Below are positions 1-12,744 of a stretch of 64,000 nucleotides of DNA, piece by piece. The position numbers were made by a program, and so were the translations under genes. How positions within the stretch are numbered: the first letter of the stretch is position 1; every line of letters begins with the position of its first letter. The stretch spans positions 497,498-561,497 of the forward strand of contig MU058037.1 of NCBI GenBank assembly GCA_013265495.1. Direction: 5' to 3'. The notes beneath the pieces were generated by a model that had not been told where the DNA came from, ran no database searches, and worked only from the letters and a program-made list of their open reading frames with translations. Origin of the DNA: Vicugna vicugna (Eukaryota).

Positions 1-566
1 GCACATCAACCTTGCTGTTTCATGGAGGGCCCAGGTTGTTCTGCCCTGTGCACCCACAGCCCCGGCGCCCAGCCCCGTGCAGTCCCCCGGGGCTGCCTCC
101 CTGCAGCCGCCCCCGTCCTCCGCCCGGCTTGTGCAGCCTGGCCCTGCCCGCCGCTGCCGGCCCGCGTCTCAGGCTGGGTGTCGGGGGGACGCTCTGTGCC
201 CGTTTAACTTAGTTCTGTCAGACAAGGGCTGCTCCGTACAGATCCGAGCCTCGGAGGCTCCCCCTCCTCCCGCTGGCCTCTCAGTTGGAGAGGGGAGACC
301 CAGCGAGCGAGCGCCAGTCCTCCTTTGCCGCTCCCTCCCCGCGGGACCCGTCCTGCGCTGCTTTGCCTTTTGTTCTTTCTTTTTTCCTTTTCTCCTACCA
401 GATTTTTGGCGTCTTTATCTTTTGAAGAGGGCGATGATCTGTTGGAGTTCCGCAGGTGCTCTGGTTGGCTGAGCGGGTCTGTAGATGTGGGTCTTGGTGT
501 ATTTGTCAGAGAGGGTGACTTTCCAGCGTCCTTCTACTCTGCCATCTTCTCCGTCTCCCCCCCCCC
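1..566 (-). mobile_element. 5' UTR / 5' terminus of a young, probably full-length L1; the body continues left of the window
   Basis: Minus strand begins GGGGGGGGGGAGACGGAGAAGATGGCAGAGTAG, a poly-G start with a YY1-type AAGATGGC typical of L1 5' ends. CpG-rich and undecayed. The flank reads TT/AAGAAGATGT, resembling an L1 endonuclease site. Confidence 0.85.
541..548 (-). promoter_or_regulatory. YY1 site of the L1 internal promoter
   Basis: GCCATCTT on + (AAGATGGC on -), about 20 nt from the L1 5' end. Confidence 0.7.
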
Positions 567-940
567 ACATCTTCTTAATCGAGTTGTTTGTTGATGGGTA
601 CTTGGATTGCTTCAATGTCTTGGCTTTTGTAAATAGTGCTGCTGTGAACATTGGGGTGCATATGTCTTTTGGAATGAGTCGTTTTGTTTTTTCTGACTAT
701 ATACCCAGGAGTAGAATTGCCGGATCAATATGGTAGTTCTTTTAGTTTTTTGAGGAACCTTGGTACTGTTTTTCATAGTGCCTGCCTCAGTTTGCATTCC
801 CACGAACAGTGTTTGAGGGTTCCCTTTTCTCCACATCCTTTCCAATGTTTGTTATTTGTAGACTTTTTGATGATAGCCATCCTGACAGGTGTGAGGTGAT
901 ACCTCTTTGTGATTTTGATCTGCATTTCTCTAATAATTTT
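567..940 (-). mobile_element. Older L1 ORF2 C-terminal fragment, target of the young L1
   Basis: Minus-strand translation MFTAALFTKAKTLKQSKYPST resembles the ORF2p C-terminus. Confidence 0.85.
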
Positions 941-1796
941 TACATAGTTGAGACTCAGATAATCTCATGCTAGACTTTGTAATGCAATAAAGTATGAAGG
1001 AAGTCCAGCCAGATTTGGGCCAACAGATACCTGGAGCTCAGGCTATGGAAAACCTCAGGAGAATAACCTGGACAAGAAAAATGGACCAACAATGAGGACT
1101 CCAGTCTCCATCAGGAACCTGCCTATGTTTCCTGCTACAACAGGACATGTTCACATCAAAGCCCATAGGAGGGAACAGAAAAGCTAAAATAAGAGAATGA
1201 TGAATAGTTTAAACTTGTTTACAATTATAGGTAGCTGCTGCATTAATACAAACATGCTTACATACTCCAACTGAATAAGAGTAAACTTTTCCAAACTTTC
1301 CATTTTTTCCTTTACACAAGTTTTTAAACTGTTGCAAGAATAAGTTTGAATAAAAGTATTCCAAAAGGTATTGAAGAAGACGGAGTGGTTTTTGTTCTAG
1401 ATAGATTGGTTTTCTCTTTCTTTACTTACTTTGATGACTCATTTGTTTCTTTCCTAATCATTGAATAAATTTAATAGGACCTAGTATATTACCCTACACA
1501 AAAGTGGTGGTCAGTAAATGCTTATGGAAAAAAATTAGATATAATTTACTCTCTATACTGACTAACTAGTAATCGTCTTAGGTATGTTCCCAGGAACTGA
1601 ACATTCATTGAAATCAGAGTACTAATAGCACTCTATCCCCACAATAAATTGGTTGAATATTGTTGAAATGTGGAACACCAGTCATAACAAGCAAACAACA
1701 GCTCAGTTGAAAGACTGTTCTGCTCCAGTTTCCTCATGTAGGTTATGATTTAGGTGAGAGTGTAATACCTTCTTGTCACAACAACATCATTTTTAA

Positions 1797-1832
1797 TCAT
1801 CGTCATCATCATCATCATCACCATCACCATCA
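1797..1832. repeat. (CAT)n/(CACCAT)n microsatellite
   Basis: tcatcgtcatcatcatcatcatcaccatcaccatca. Confidence 0.85.
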
Positions 1833-1971
1833 CACAATCTCCTGTGAATGTCCTCCTCCTCATAGTTTACTGTAGAGCATCAGTTGAATTTAAGTCATTT
1901 ATTTAGTTTTTAGTGGTAAGATAATAAAGAAATACTATTGCAAATAATTTTTACGGCTTTCTGGAGACAGA

Positions 1972-2090
1972 CATTTATTTATTCACTTCAAAGATACATT
2001 ATCAAGTGCTTGAAGAGTACTAGGCCCTCGGGATATAACAGTGAATGAGACAGGGATGATCTCTCTCTTCATGGAGTTTGCAGACTGGTG
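1972..2090 (-). mobile_element. L2 3' end fragment
   Basis: atttatttattcac...gggatataacagtgaatgagacag...ctcttcatggagtttgcagactggtgg resembles a reversed L2 tail. Confidence 0.6.
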
Positions 2091-5000
2091 GACCACTAAA
2101 ATAATGCTTCATACTGTTCATTTCAGCCAGGCCCGCAGTCCTAGGCCTTAAGAAGAATCATGCATTTAGAGATAGAATTGAACTGATACTAAGCTTAGAG
2201 CAACTAGACATACTGAAAGCCAATTTCCAACAATTAATTATTTTAAGTGGTTGCCCTATTAGTTAAAAGGAAGAGGAGATAATACGAAGGCAAGAAATAC
2301 TGATAAATTTCTAAGTTGAACTAAGTTTGGTAAGTATAAAAAATGAAGTGTAGTTAATAAAGCATAAAGCAGAAGATTTCCTCTTAACTCATAGTTATTA
2401 TACATCATCATTAGAGAGGGGACTTGCTGCTCCCTGTACTAGATTAATAGCCTGGGCATTCATCTCTTTGACCTCAGCTGAAGTAGAAGCACCAGGCAAC
2501 AGAAGCAGAAAATGGAATTGAAAGAAGTACTATCTAGTATTTTATCTGGGCAGGAAAATTAAAAAAAGGAAGCCCTTAAATTGTAGATGAGAATGTGAAA
2601 AGAATGGATGGTGCTCTTTTCTTTCCCTTGACAGTCCTACCCTTTGAGAACCAGCTGGCAGCTCTGGGGTCACTAAGCTTAGTCATTCGTCTTTTCAATT
2701 ACAAGAACATACTATTAACAAGGACATGGTGTGGGGAGAGCAATTTTTGGAAGAGAGAAGAAAAAGAGAAGGGGGATATTTTTCACATGGAGAAAGTGGC
2801 ATATCTGTCAGGAAATAGGGAGTGAAATGCAAGGTAACTTCTCCCTGCCCCTGTTATTTTCATTCTAAACATTGTGAAAGGACCCAATGTTTTAAGAGGT
2901 TTTAAAAAAGTAATGGAGGGCAGGCCTTGGAATATATAACTGTTAACTGGAGATTTTATATTCCATTGTAGGATATGTAAATAAATGGACACATTTGAGT
3001 ATATGATAGTAGATGTCTGAGGTATATGTTTAAAAGAATAAATGTGCTTAGTGCTGCTGTCGGGAAAGAAATAATGGATTGAAAGTACCATAGGTTTTGC
3101 ATATAATTTACCCAGAATCTCAGCCACTATTTATGGCCTTTAGTATATGTATGAGAAGTGCACATGCATCTCAAATTATTAGTACTTTCATATGGCCATG
3201 AGATACTGATCATTATGATCCAGGAATCTGTAAGACGATTCTTCCATGTATGTCTCCAATATTTTATTAAAATACTTACTGCAAGCGAATGTTGCTTCTG
3301 ACTCTGGTGTTGTCATATATCAAGCTAAAAAAGGAAACAACACTCTTTATGTTTTCAAACTTAATCAGATGATCATTTTAGAAGCTCTTTCCTTATAATG
3401 AAATGGAAAACTATCAGATGCAGCTCATGTTCTTTCTGTAGAAACAGAATTGTTTTTAGTAATTTGCCAGACGTCTCGGGAGGTTTTCTTTTTTGATTCC
3501 ACCTGTGACATCAGAGATTCATTATTTGTATGTGCTGATAATATTTCAGAATGCTTCAGGTTCCGAGGAATTGGTTTGTAATCTTGGTTAGGTCCAGGGC
3601 CTCTATGTGGGCACTTCAGTCAGTTCACCTCTGTGAAACTCCCATCTCTCTTCTTAAACTAGCCAATAATAAACCTGACTCATTTTTTGACTTTATTTTT
3701 TGAAGAAAAACTCATGAAGCAGTTTGAAAATGTGGTCTCAAATACTCAACAGGATTAAAGTCATTAATAAAGCAAACTATAATAACAATATTTCTTTCTT
3801 TGTGTAACAGAAGTTTTCCCAAAGAGCTGTGTTTATTTTTTAATTGAGTTATATTGTAATAGTACTAGAAAAATTAGAAATGTGATTCTTTTAATTGGAT
3901 GACTTTTAATTTAAATTCTAATGAATCAGAAGTTGAAGGTATAAGTTTTACTTAACCCAGCTCAGATGTGTGCATGCATGTGCACATATGTAAGCTGGGT
4001 CAAAATACAACTGTTAGAGACCTTATCCCTGAAAAGCCTTATGGCTGCCATTCCTGTATATAATTTAAAATAAAAACAATATTAAATTGGAGAAAATGAT
4101 TATTTTTCTTATGCGGATGATAACTAAGACTTTATTTGAATTATAACTGATAATTTTTTTCAACAAATATCTTCACAGAACCTTGCTTTACTAATGCCCC
4201 TAAGCATATAGCATTGTGTGAATGTGGTTATCCACATCAAGATTGCTCAATTTTAATAAAATTAACCAGATATTGACAAATCTCTGCCTCAGCTCTAAGC
4301 AAAGCCTCAGAGTGCATCTTCCAAGCTACTTGATTTTATAAGTGTTTGTTTTTAACCTAATTTATCCTCTTAGTCTCAGTGGGAAAGAGAAAATTTCAGT
4401 GAAATATGTGCTCAGTTTCTTGTTTGGTCCCTAATGAAATTTGTACTCAAAAAGGCTTAGTGTTTTGGAAAATTTTAGCATTAGAAAGAAATATTTGACT
4501 CCAGTTATTTTTTTAAACCAAAATAAAATATCCCTAGTGCAAAAGTCCAAATCATAGAGTTGAAGAACTTTCCAATAGTAATCTCCAAAGATAAATTAAA
4601 ATGCTTTGTTTTCTATGTAATTTTTTTTTGAATAATCTCATAGAGCATAGTATGGGTAGAATATTATGAGTGTCTCCATTAAATCTGTTCTCACTGAACG
4701 TTAATGCCTAGTGTTTTATGGGCTTGCAGTTGTCCTTTTTGGGAGGTTTACACAATTTCCAGCTGACATGATGGTGAGCAAAAGCTAATGAACTAAACTC
4801 AGTACTCACCACCATCCCTGCATTTGCTTGATTTACTCTTCTGTGTAGTTGTCTGCTCTCTCCCTTGAATATTGGCTTCCAGGGCAAATAAGGGTCAATT
4901 TTGAGCACTGCCTGCAGTAGATCTTTGGCCTAAGGTTATTAAAAAAAATATATGGCTCAGACTGGACCTGCTGGAGCAAATAACAGGAAAGAGGATGAAG

Positions 5001-6097
5001 TTGACAGCCATAGATCAAAGCCAAAATCGAGAACAGAAACTATAATCCAGAACATTTTGGGGGAATTACAGCAAGTTAAGGCTGAGAGCAGCAGCACAGG
5101 TGAGGGAGGACTCTTAGAACAAGAGATAGAAGCAAAAATGGTATAAGGGCAGAAACAAATGAGGGAAAGCCAAGGAGTCCATATAGAACTGAAGGAGGAG
5201 AAGCAGGGAGACAAAGAGACTTTAACAGCACAAGTGAATACCAATATTAGAATGGGCCCGTAAGAACAATAGTAATTTTAGAATAATACAACAATAATAC
5301 AAATAAGAATAATACTAATAAGTATAAGAATATTATAACAATAATATCAGTATTAGAGATGAGCTTTTAAAAATGTTAGGTGTGAGATAACACACTGTAA
5401 CTCTGTCACAGAAAGCAAAGGAAAATAGCACAAGGGAGAGAGGGAGGGAGGGAAAGAGAGCAGGAAAAAGAGAGTGAATGATGACAAATGGTGTGTCACC
5501 TGAGGTAAACTAAGAACAGTTGGCTTTGAGGCAATGTGACAATTCTGGAATACATTTATTCATTTGTATTTTTATTTATATTATTCTGTTTCTACAATAA
5601 ACTGGGTCCAGACACAGGAGACCAAACTGCTTATCAACGGAGTAATAATTCTTTGCTTTGTAAGTATGCTTCATATCTGGGTCTCAGTTTGCTCATTTGT
5701 AAAATGGGTTTGGAAGAGACTGAGACTTCGGCACATGCATGTGCATGTGTGTATCTGTGTGATAAGAAAGCTGAAAGATTTAAATATAATTTATACTTCA
5801 TCTATTTCCAAAAATGATTTGAAGATTTCATAATTTTAAATATACACAGAATAAGAAAAGTATATGGTATAAGAGCAGAAATATGAGACCATACCGAAAG
5901 AGATTTATATACAAAAGAAAATGAAAAGCAGTACTTTTGTGAGCACTAAATTTAGCTCTGAGCTTCCTGGTATCAGAGAAAAGGGTAAAACAGGATGAGT
6001 TACAGAGTTTTCACTGTAAATAAAGAGGAGTATACAGGTTCAAGTATGGAGACTAATTCTTTAAAATTTCCATGTACAAATAACTTATCATTTAGAG

Positions 6098-6316
6098 CAC
6101 AGGTCAGCAAACTACAACCCATTAGTCAATCTAGTCCTTCACCTCTTCTTGTAAATAAGGTTTTATTAAAACACAGTCATGCCTATTTGATTACCTACTG
6201 TCTTGGACACTTCCTTGCTACAACAGCAGAGTTTATTTGGTACAGAGACCCCATGGCCTACACAGCCTAAAATATTTGGCATCTGTCGCTTGACTGAAAT
6301 AGTTTACAACTTCCTG
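6098..6316 (+). mobile_element. MER58A-like hAT-Charlie MITE
   Basis: caggtcagcaaactac...ttgtaaataaggttttattaaaacacagtcatgcc...gcctaaaatattt...tttacaacttcctg. Confidence 0.85.
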
Positions 6317-6600
6317 AGATAGAACTTTCTAAAAGGAACACTGAGTAAAATAATGCACATTCTGCCAAGTGATGGCTGAAGTTACTCAGACTTCTCTAAG
6401 GAGATTTTCTGTATTAATACCAGGTAAATATCCAAGATAACAGTTTAGCTCATAATTTAGTGAAGCTGTGAGTGTGTTAATGTGTGCATGTACGTGTTGT
6501 TGTGACAGGGAGGGAAGGCACTTAAGACCAATATACTCTAGGATCTTTGCTCTCTTCCTATTGAATATGTGGTGGAGCCCTAGTTAGTTCTGAGAAAAAA

Positions 6601-7655
6601 TTTTTTTTTAATTTTCACATTTATTGAGATATAATTGGCATGTAACACTGTATAAGTTTAAAGTGCGTATGTTGATTTGATACACTTAATATATTGCAAA
6701 ATGATTACCACTATAGCCGTAGCTAACCCTTCATGTCACATAATTACCATTTCTTTTTTGTGGTAAGAACATTTGTGATCTACTCTTTTAACATCCTTCA
6801 AATATACAATATAATATTACTAATTATAATCACCATAACTACCAGATCCCCAGAACTTATTAATCTTATAACTGGAAGTTTGTACCCTTTGACCAACATT
6901 CCCCATTTCCTCCATGGCCCCAACCCCAGTAACCAGTTTCTGTAAACTATAAACAGTAAACCCAGTAAATAGCAAGTGTTTCTAAGATTTCAGCTTTTTA
7001 GATTCCACATATAAGTGATATTACGCAGTATTTGTCTTTCTCTGCCTGACTGACTTCACTTAGCATAGTGCTCTCAAGGTTCATACACACACATAAAAAT
7101 GTTAGAACTAATCAATGAATTCAGCAAAGGTGCAGGGTACAAAATCAACATATGAAAGCAGTTACATTTCTATACACTAACAATGAAATATCTAAAAAAG
7201 GAAGTAAAACAATTGCATTCACAGTAGCATTAAAAATAATAAAATACTTGGGAATGAATTTAACCAAGTAAGTTAAAGATTTGTATACTGAAAACTACAA
7301 GACTTTGAAATAAATTGAAGTCACAGATGGAAAAATATTCCATGTTCATGGATTGGAGGAATTAATATTGTAAAATATTGATACTACCCAAAGCTATCTG
7401 TAGATTCATTGCAATACCTATTAAAATCCCAATGGCATTTTTCACAGAAATAATAAAAAATAATCCTAAAATTTGTATGGAATCACAAAAAAAACCCCAA
7501 ATAGCCAAAACCATCTTAGAAAGAACATAACTGGAGGCCTCACATTCCTCATTTCAAACTATACTACAAAGCTCTAGTAATCAAAACAGAATGGTACTGG
7601 CACAAAAATAGACGCATATACTGATGGAACAGAACCAAGAGCCCAGAAATAAACT
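6601..7655 (-). mobile_element. L1MA-like element: 3'UTR on minus (6601-~7085) joined to an inverted ORF2 segment on plus (~7090-7655)
   Basis: Poly-T, then an L1MA-type 3'UTR, then plus-strand ORF2 reading LELINEFSKGAGYKIN...WNRTKSPEIN. Confidence 0.8.
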
Positions 7656-7669
7656 TTTGTTCTCTGGTT

Positions 7670-8235
7670 GTAGTGGATATTTGCTATTCTGAGACACTCA
7701 GTGTCAACACTTCCATGTTGATGAAAGTCTTCTAATTTTATTCAGATATCTGGGCCTCTCCCATGCCCTCTAATTGCTTCATGGGTACCCACCCCCATAT
7801 TTCTATCTCCCCCTCCACCCATATTCCAAGGGGTAGACTCTGATTAACTCAAGTCACCCAGTATATTCCATCCCTCTGGCCACAGGGCTTGATTGAGGTT
7901 TTAGGCACAAGACCCAGTTCAGGACAATAAATATGAGTAGAGATTTTTTTTTTTCTAGAAGCTACATAAGATGTATTTGTTTCATGCCAGACACAAACAG
8001 TTTGTAGAACCCATAGCTGACATTGTGTGTCATTACAGAGAAGAAATCTTAGAAGGAAATAGATACAGGGAGAAGGCATAGAAAAAAATGGTAAATAAAG
8101 GAATGATTCCTAGATTAAGCCTCAACTGAAACTTACTCCATCTGTGGTCTTATTAACATCATGAAGTTTAAAAGTTGTCATTTATAAGCCACTTTGAAAA
8201 GTTTTATGTTATTTTTGAATGAAAAATTATTAATA
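7670..8235 (+). mobile_element. Old ERVL LTR (LTR16-like)
   Basis: TG start, ccctctggccacagggcttgattg...ggcacaagacccag motif, LTR16-type 3' end. Confidence 0.55.
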
Positions 8236-8593
8236 AACTAGTCATCTTGCAATACATAAAGAGATTTGGGAGAATTTGAAGAAATGGTTAGTTAACAAAT
8301 ATTAGAAGTCTCACTTGAACTTTTGGTTAAATCAAACTCTACTCATAGTGCAAATCTCTGAAAATGCCTAGAAAATAGAGATAATGTGGGCTGTGCTGTT
8401 GTGCTATATGTGCTTCATGAACAGGTAGCAAAGAACATTGTCTTAGAAAAACTCAACATATTTCCCTTGGAGAGCCATTTCACTTTGTAGAAAGGAGAGT
8501 TTCAAGGAGTATTGCCCATTATTATAAAGAAAAGAGCTTTATCAGCACCTTCATTGAATAATAATGATTGCTCATATTTAGTGCAAATAAGGT

Positions 8594-8633
8594 GCAGCAG
8601 GGAGCGCTGGGAAAATAAGGTTGTCATGGTAAC
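8594..8633 (+). promoter_or_regulatory. Candidate CTCF motif (8594-8608) plus RFX X-box (8620-8633)
   Basis: GCAGCAGGGAGCGCT versus CCAGCAGGGGGCGCT; GTTGTCATGGTAAC versus GTTGCCATGGCAAC. Both lie in non-repeat DNA. Confidence 0.45.
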
Positions 8634-9855
8634 TGATAACACTTTTCCCCTACAGGAACTCAGGTTAGTCAAAGAGGCTACAGGAGGCCATGTTTCCTTA
8701 GAGACTTTTCCCAAGAAAAGAAGATAAGGAAAAGGGAAATAAAAGGAAGATCTGGCATTTAGCTGAATTCTGTTTTGCTCACAAAGATAAACAGACTTCT
8801 AAGGAAATGCTGTTTTGAGTAATTAGCTGAGCCCAGTAGGTAAAAGTGGCATCTCTCATGTATAATATACTTGACCCAATACAGGTGGGCAGATGATTAT
8901 TTTATAACTGAAGTCTGAGAAAGTACTGCCCAGAAAAAAATCAGATTAAGTTCAAAATAAAAATTAAATGCTTTAATGGCAACATTTAACAGCATGAAGA
9001 GGGATTTTTTTTTCTTTTGAAATTGGCTGTGGACTTAAACTGAAAAACAATGTTTAAATGCTTTTTGAAAGGCATGTGAACTTTCTGAAACTATGTTCTC
9101 TTTCCTATGAAATGAGTAGTTTCGGCAAGATCTCTGTTTTTCACCTATTCCTCTCAATAAAAACTTGTAAGAAATGAAACATGTCAAGAGATAAAATTGC
9201 AGGGTTTCAGGATGGAGCCTAAGCAGGAGGCTCAGAAACAGAGCTGCTGGGCTTCCTTTTCTCTCTCTATAATAGTTCTTAAGACATTTTATAGAAAATA
9301 ATTGACAGACACATGCGTTTTAAAGCTTCTGCCTTTTAAATAGTCAAACATAAAATATCGTAATTGCCCTTAACAGGAACTATTCTCCATCTGGTAGCAG
9401 CTTTCCAAATGGCTCAAGAAGGAGGAAGGAGGCACCAACTCGATTCCACTCTAGGGTTGAATGGATTGATGTTTGACATAGACAATTCTGACTACTAGTT
9501 GTGGAAGGAAATAACCAAATTTTAGAGATCTTCCTTTATAGATCTGTCCCTGTTCTGTGAAAACAAATCTTATGAAAACCTATTCAAATTTCTACTCTAC
9601 AATCTGATGCAATTATTGTGAAGTTAAGAGAGGTAAAATTAAATGCTGAATATGAAAGCCCTTTGAAAAGCTAAAGAGACATTTCAAATATAAGCTGGTG
9701 TCTATAATATAATATATTGGCATTTTAAGCATTTTAAGACCTGAAGTCTAGCTTGTGGGCAACATTATAAGAATGTATTGACCAAATTTAAGATCCTCTT
9801 GTAAATTGTGTGAAATGAAATTGCATGTGTAGAAATTTTAACATATTGTTCACAT

Positions 9856-9994
9856 ATGGGTTCTACTTTATTGTCCAAGCTTGGACATTTTTGAGAATGA
9901 AAAGGGGAACTATATATAAGTAGCAAGCATTGACTGACCTACAACAGGTATAAACAGGGACAGTTTTAGGAAAGTCAGACATATGGTCACCCTA
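9856..9994. mobile_element. MER94-like hAT-Blackjack MITE
   Basis: tttattgtccaagcttggacatttttgagaatgaaaagggg...acaacaggtataaacagggacag...atatggtcacccta. Confidence 0.7.
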
Positions 9995-10701
9995 ATTATA
10001 GTACTTTTAATGATGGCAGATCAACTGCTCTGAGTCCTATAACAACAGCATCATATGACCCTAAGTAATTTCTTCTAAATATTCAACTCTGACCTTCAAT
10101 TTTAAAAGGTTTTAAAAGACTTTTGAAACTTTGAGATGTATCCTTCAGTTATTTGAAAACCTTTTCAGATGCTCATGGAATTCTGAGTACTTAAGAGCTC
10201 TACAGTGAGGCATTTATCATAGATCCATTTGACATCCCACTGGATCTTACTTAGCTAAAATTAACTCACTGACCTATTATATCACAAAAACATTGTGTGA
10301 CTTCAGATATTAGTACTCTTCTCCATTTTAGGTCTTCTTGCCTTAGTATGATCCTCTTAGATTTCTAGAAGATTTAGTTAGTACTGTTTTATGTGTCTCT
10401 TCTTAATCTTGCTGCTTCTTATGTTGTGCTTAGAAAGGAAATTATAAGAGTAGATTTATGTTCACTTCATTGATTCCATTGTCATCGTTTTCTAGTATAG
10501 GTCATTACTGTGAAAGATTATGTTTCAGTGACTCTTGTTTTAAAATATCAGAACATACTACTCTTACAGATGTTTTTCATCTGCTTTCTGTATCTTTCTC
10601 TCTCTCTCTCCCTCTCTCTCTTCCAGTTTTATTAAATGATCAATCACTAGTTAAGGATAGACGATTATAGCAATGGCAAAATGCGTGATAGCAAAAACTC
10701 T

Positions 10702-10880
10702 CAGTGGTTCTCCAACCTATTTGCACATTAGAATCTTTTGGGGGACTTACAGAATCCTAATGTGCAGGCCACATTTCAGACCACTCATATCAGAAATTCT
10801 GTGTGTGGAACCCAAACATAAGTACTTTTTTTAAGTTCCCAAGTGATTCCAATTAAGCAGGGAAATTTGAGAACCACCTG
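10702..10880. mobile_element. MER5A-like hAT-Charlie MITE
   Basis: Inverted termini cagtggttctc / gagaaccacctg; internal gcacattagaatc and ccaagtgattcc. Confidence 0.85.
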
Positions 10881-10992
10881 TCTAAATAATCCATAACATA
10901 CACCAACCCTTAGGAAAATTTAGCTGTTTTAGGGACATAGTTGTGAAAGCGAGTGTGTATATATGTATGGGTAGGTTCAAGTATGGGAACAG

Positions 10993-11019
10993 GTGTGTGT
11001 GTGTGTGTGTGTGTGTGTG
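10993..11019. repeat. (TG)n microsatellite
   Basis: Perfect GT run. Confidence 0.9.
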
Positions 11020-11387
11020 GTATATATGTGTGTTTGTAGTATTTGACAGTAATAAAATTAGGAGTTTTGAGGAAAAATCTGTGTGATTAAAAAAGAAGTA
11101 ATGATACTTTCCATATCAAGATGGAGAAACTTAAGAAAATGAATATATTGTTTGCAATATATATATTTCATCTGGACAAGAAGCTTGGACAGCACCAATA
11201 AAATACTGAAAGAATTAAAGTCAGCCCCCTAAAGCCACAATAACTTATTGTTATATTTCCTTTTACTCTTATTTCTAGACATGGTTGACATTTGATAGCA
11301 TGGCTATAGTCAGGTTTTATTTTACTGGTGATGAACTCTGTCTAGGAGACACTTTACTAGAGTAATGCCTTCTGTCCATTTCAATAG

Positions 11388-11870
11388 TGTGGTAGGATTA
11401 TTGCAGCTCCATTTTACAGCTTTCTGGGGTCTCACTTTTTGGTAGTACATACCCAGACTGACTTTGGACTTGGCACATGACTTAATTTGTTTAATGAAAC
11501 AGTAGCAAACTTGATGCAAGCAGTCTTGAGAAATTATTTGTATACTTTGGCTTCTCTTCATGTTCCCCTGCATCTACGATGAAAACCTGCCTATGCCAGC
11601 CTGCTGGAAGATTGGGAAAGATACATGGAGGAAAGCTGTGTTATAACAGACAAGGCCATCTTAGATCAGCTAGACCTCAACCAACCTGTCAGCTGACCAA
11701 AGACACATGAACAAGCCCCACCAAGATCAGCTGAGTCTGGATCAAATCACCAGAACCACCCAGCTAACACCTAGCCTCTTGAGAAATAATACATGTGTTT
11801 TTTTTTTCATCCATTGAGTTTTGAAATGGTTTGTTATGTAGCATTAATGTGGCGATAGATCAGTGATGCA
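11388..11870 (+). mobile_element. MaLR LTR (MLT1G/H-like)
   Basis: tgtggtagg start, ccagcctgctgga, cagaaccacccagct, ttttgaaatggtttgttatgtagca...gatgca end. Confidence 0.75.
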
Positions 11871-12744
11871 AAATGCCTGTCAGTGTGTTTAGTTATAAGA
11901 TGTCATGATTGAGTGACCAATGCCTTTAATGCACTATGTGTTTATTTAGCTTTGGATGGTAGAGATAAAGATTTTACTTAGGCTTCTTGCTATGAGCTTG
12001 TAGTTGTGACTTCCATAATAGTATCAGTCCTGGATATTCCCCTTGCCCCCAAACTAAGTATTTCTAGGCTTGCTGGAGTAATTCAGTGATGAATACATCT
12101 TAAAGATTCTATCTTTATTTGCCACTTGTAAGCAGTCAGTAAAGTAGCTGCATACATTCTTATAAGCCATTTAAAAATTTATAAGTCTCTCAGTCCATTC
12201 TATTCTAAGTGTTCCTAAAAGCTCCCTTGCAATCATTGTCCACTCCATCCCACAATATGTGCCAGCAGAGCATGCTCAGTATCCAATATCTCTGAGAGAA
12301 AGGGAAAAGTTGTCCAAGACAACAGAGGAGTGGAGGGTGGAGTATACACATATAGTTTTAGTCATTCCTTCCTTTCTAAAATTTTTGAATAGTTTATCGT
12401 CAGCTCCTGAGTACAGTTCTGTTTTAGTTTGGAATCAATGATGTTCCCCAATCCCTCCTAAAGGCCCCTCTTGTCTAGTAGCCCTGAATTTAAACTGACA
12501 ATATTCCAAGTAAACGTGTCTCTCCTGCAGTGTCTTCTGTCTACTTGATACTTGTTATTAACTTTTTATAATCACACAGTCTCACAGTGGGGTCTACTGG
12601 GGTTCTTCTATAAAAACATCCCAATATCTGATAGGTTTATTTGAATAATCATGTAAGAAGCTATGGTTAAATCATCAGTTTTTATTTTTCAATGAGGAAC
12701 ATAGATGTTTTATGTTCTGAATCCAGTTTTTTGTTGTCACCATA

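Noticed and set aside
77..472. 131-aa ORF
   Set aside because: Non-ATG start, low-complexity translation of a GC-rich L1 5'UTR antisense strand.
4952..5146. 64-aa ATG ORF with protein-like composition
   Set aside because: No recognised homology or splice context; purine-rich sequence explains the open frame.
9377..9498. Possible exon after cccttaacag
   Set aside because: Weak acceptor, no good donor, unrecognised peptides.
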